Assembly (NCBI GenBank): GCA_973895155.1
Contig: OZ316894.1
Location: forward strand, 18,196,563 to 18,260,562
DNA: 64,000 bases
Source: Marsupella aquatica
Lineage: Eukaryota; Plantae; Marchantiophyta
Direction of reading: 5' to 3'
Below, piece by piece: positions 60,925 through 64,000 of this stretch (its first letter is position 1; every line of letters begins with the position of its first letter). A model generated the notes under the pieces. That model had not been told where the DNA came from, did no database searches, and saw only the letters and a list, made by a program, of their open reading frames with translations. The position numbers and the translations under genes were made by a program.

Positions 60925-61644
60925 TGGATTCTCGTCGGAGATTTTGAGCAACATGGGTAGGGACCTTATGGCTTGTCCGAGAACTGGTGTGATTTCCCCC
61001 GATTGCAACATCAAGAGACTGGAGTATGCAAGGTTGCTAATCCATGCTGGAATTTCCGAGAATATTTGTGAAGTCTCGAATGGCGAGGTGGTGGACCGTC
61101 CATTGGCGATTCTCCTTAGTAGGAAGGTCCGACATTGGCGGGTTTGAGATGGAAGCAACCTGCGGAAGGAAACAAATGTAGAGGAAGGAGTCCTGAGATA
61201 CTTGTGTGTTAACTTCACCTTATCCCAAATTCTGTAGACTTGTTGAATCCCATTTGTGGTAGTGAGAGCAGGGATTTCTAAATTACTGACCCTGCAACTC
61301 TAGGTCGCAGAATTCGCCCATCGCAGCGGAGTATATAATTTTTCCGAGCGGCAGTAATGTTCTCGATTATCCTTCGCATTTCAGAGGGAAACATATGTAA
61401 ATAGCTGTACAAAATTGTAATTCCGTCTGTCGCCATTGTAAAGATGGCTGTATTTTAAATCCTTTGGGACTCGGATCTGTCCGTATTGGTCCCTCGGCTC
61501 ATATGATAATTTGGATTGAAATGTTTCATTCGATGGCAGAGCTTGTTTCTTTCTTTACTGCAAATTGAATACATTATCATAACTCAGATCGAACATTCCA
61601 AAGATTGCTGTCGTTAGTAGATGTTGTCGAGTTAACCCACCACC

Positions 61645-61935
61645 AACGTTCTTTGTTGACCTGTAATAGTCAGTGGGGATGCGGATGTTTCTCTGTGTTA
61701 TATCGTGAACGACACTGAGGTCGTCACCATAGTTCTTTGTTGGCCTGTAGTAGTCAGTGAGGATGCGGCTAATTAAGATGTTTCTCTTTGTTATCTCTTG
61801 AAGACACTGGGGTCGTCACAGTGAGGATGCGCTAATTAAGATGTTTCTCTGTTATCTCTTGAAAGACACTGGGGTCGTCACCAAAGTTCTTTGTTGGCAT
61901 GAGGTTTCTTTGTGGTATCTCTTGGAAGATACTCG
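61645..61935. repeat. Degenerate tandem repeat downstream of ClpD
   Basis: gtgaggatgc..taattaagatgtttctct..gttatctcttgaagacactggggtcgtcac recurs 3-4 times. Confidence 0.8.
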
Positions 61936-62871
61936 GGTTTTCGACTGGACTAGGTTCAGTGCACCCAGTATGTTTGGATGCGTTAGCCGTTGGTGGCAGG
62001 CAGGACACTAGAGGCAATCGTGTCCAGGATCATAGTTTGGTCTCTTTTCGAAACCCGAGCATATCATGAAGTTCAGAAGTCTGCCCATATAGCGAATTTC
62101 TTGCTCCTCAGTTGTGGCTATAGAAGTAGAGGCTAGGGTTCAATAGGCACCTGGGAGGAAACGATTTCTTCGTGACGTCGAGCGTAACGTTCAAGACACG
62201 GAGACTTTGCAGCAGCTCGCAGTTTTGATTTTGGCCAGTGAATATCGGAGAAGCTTCGATTTCGACAATATGTGAATGTAGGTTTCATTGATTGTCTAGT
62301 CCTAGTTCCTAATGCGGACGGATATTTCGATGTCATTTTAAATAGGTGTATCATTTTCATGTCATTCACAGTTGGTCCCGTCTTTGAACATTGAACGGGA
62401 GTACTCTTTTGGAATTGGATGACGTGACAGTTTTTCTCCTCCGTTCGAGATGGAGGGTGTACGAAATTCATTAAAAAGTAGCGCTAATGACCGGCAGATG
62501 CTCGGCTAACCTTGGGGAGATGAAAACTTCATTTTGACTACTTCCACCCAGGTCCGGTGGAATTCAAATTAAGGGTGGACACATTCCTCGGTTTACCCAC
62601 AACAGAAACTACGATCTCAGTGCTCATCTACGTAGTCAAAGTAAAGGATTGTGAACAGTCGGGCCGTATGACCAGACATAACTAGAATGGGAAAATCCAG
62701 CATCCTAATATGGGTGACATACTATTTCACTACAAGACTTCAAGAATCAAAGTTGGACGCAACGAGCTGATAGTCCTCAAGCATCCCAATTTGATGGATG
62801 AACACTAGGCTTCCCCAGTGTTCATCCTTCTGCATGTGAGAAGAAATGACATTTGTTACTTCCCAGAATCA

Positions 62872-63070
62872 TGCTCCGCATGTCGAGATCAAACTGCTGC
62901 AATTGCATGTCTGAACATTCAATCTTACTAATAAATCGAGATCAGAAGCTAGAGTTTAGGGTTTAGGGATCAGAAGCTAGAGTTTGCTCCGCATGTCGAG
63001 ATCAAACTGCTGCAATTGCATGTCTGAACATTCAATCTCACTAATAAATCGAGATCAGAAGCTAGAGTTG
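62872..63070. repeat. ~85-bp near-perfect direct duplication
   Basis: tgctccgcatgtcgagatcaaactgctgcaattgcatgtctgaacattcaatct.actaataaatcgagatcagaagctagagtt occurs at 62872 and 62985. Confidence 0.9.
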
Positions 63071-63177
63071 AGGTCATCATTTCTATTAACATTCAAAGAA
63101 GCTGGAGTTGAGGTAATCATTTCCATTAACATTCAAAGAGTAGCCATTCAGGCTTATAAGCAGACTGATAGAAACTG

Positions 63178-63631
63178 TCACGTGAATAACGGCTTTCTCG
63201 TTAAAACTCTAAAAGCTTTCAAGAATTCATTCTTCTTCAACGTCAAGGACAATTCACTCTTCTCTCTGCGTATTAATTGACGCAGCGACTCTCTGTACAG
63301 AGTAGGCTTTTTCAGTGAATAAGCCAAAAGATATTAAGAATCATCCGACCGGGAGGTATCCTCTATCACCCAAAGTGAAAGTAAACATTGACAGTCGTAG
63401 ACTCTCTGCACTCATAAGAAGTACTTTGGAACTCGAATGTACAAGTCTGAACTTCTCCCTAGCTGCATGTAAACTAACACAATAATACTTTTTCATCTGC
63501 GATAGCCTTCTGGCGGCCAGTGAAATTCTACAATACACATACAGCAGACGCTTTTGATAACTCTGTGCTTCCAATTTCAATTTGGAACGTGTCGGTGCAT
63601 AGTGATGTTGCCATAGGGCTGGTGAACAGAT
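63178..63631 (-). CDS. Probable last two exons of a minus-strand gene extending beyond the window (unknown product)
   Basis: The exon 63631-63489 (tag|ATC...AA|gtatt) joins in phase to the exon 63292-63178 (cag|A GAG...TGA), giving ICSPALWQHHYAPTRSKLKLEAQSYQKRLLYVYCRISLAARRLSQMKKESLRQLIRREKSELSLTLKKNEFLKAFRVLTRKPLFT*. Confidence 0.4.
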
Positions 63632-64000
63632 CTATCAAGTGAGCTACAACATGAACGAAGTAAATCAAAAGATACATTGCCTATAACACAAGAACGATTA
63701 CCCGAAATAAATGCCTACCAGGTATCTGCCACTGGTATAGAGCGACAGACAAATTGGCAGAAATAAAACTACTTGTTTCCCACATTTTGTACAAAGAAGG
63801 CAGATGGAAACCAATGGCACTAAAGCATATGTCCATCAACCATAGCGCTCGTGCTAAGGAGTCTGTACATAGTGAAGTAGAATTAATTTGACCAAAAACC
63901 TATGCACAAAGAACATTTATACAAGTCTTCCTCTACATTTAGACTGGAAACTTCCTCGGACTCCTTTAAAATACACCCACGATGTCTGGCCTCGTCACAT

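Overview
Eukaryotic, intron-rich land-plant genomic DNA. It is most likely from a bryophyte-grade plant, inferred from gene content and a moss/liverwort-type Ty3/gypsy integrase motif. Four intact + strand spliced genes can be reconstructed with GT-AG junctions: PRMT3-type arginine methyltransferase (2760-6859), chloroplast glutamyl endopeptidase CGEP (29111-37026), ULP1/ESD4-type SUMO protease (43515-47012) and chloroplast chaperone ClpD (55968-60924). A probable 3' end of a fifth gene lies on the - strand at the right edge. The intergenic DNA is rich in mobile elements. The most notable is a 5-kb pogo-type DNA transposon (17087-22084; TIRs, TA target duplication, DD33D transposase with a C-terminal PIP-like box). 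Inside its TIRs and co-oriented with the transposase it carries a second ORF encoding a BRCT domain that resembles the N-terminus of X-family DNA polymerase lambda. Also present are a solo LTR nested in a C-rich TIR element (both with intact TSDs), a Mutator-like mini-insertion inside a duplicated fragment of ULP1 exon 1, a decayed Ty3/gypsy element, several foldback/MITE elements and many local tandem duplications. All calls were made by eye; no database searches were run.
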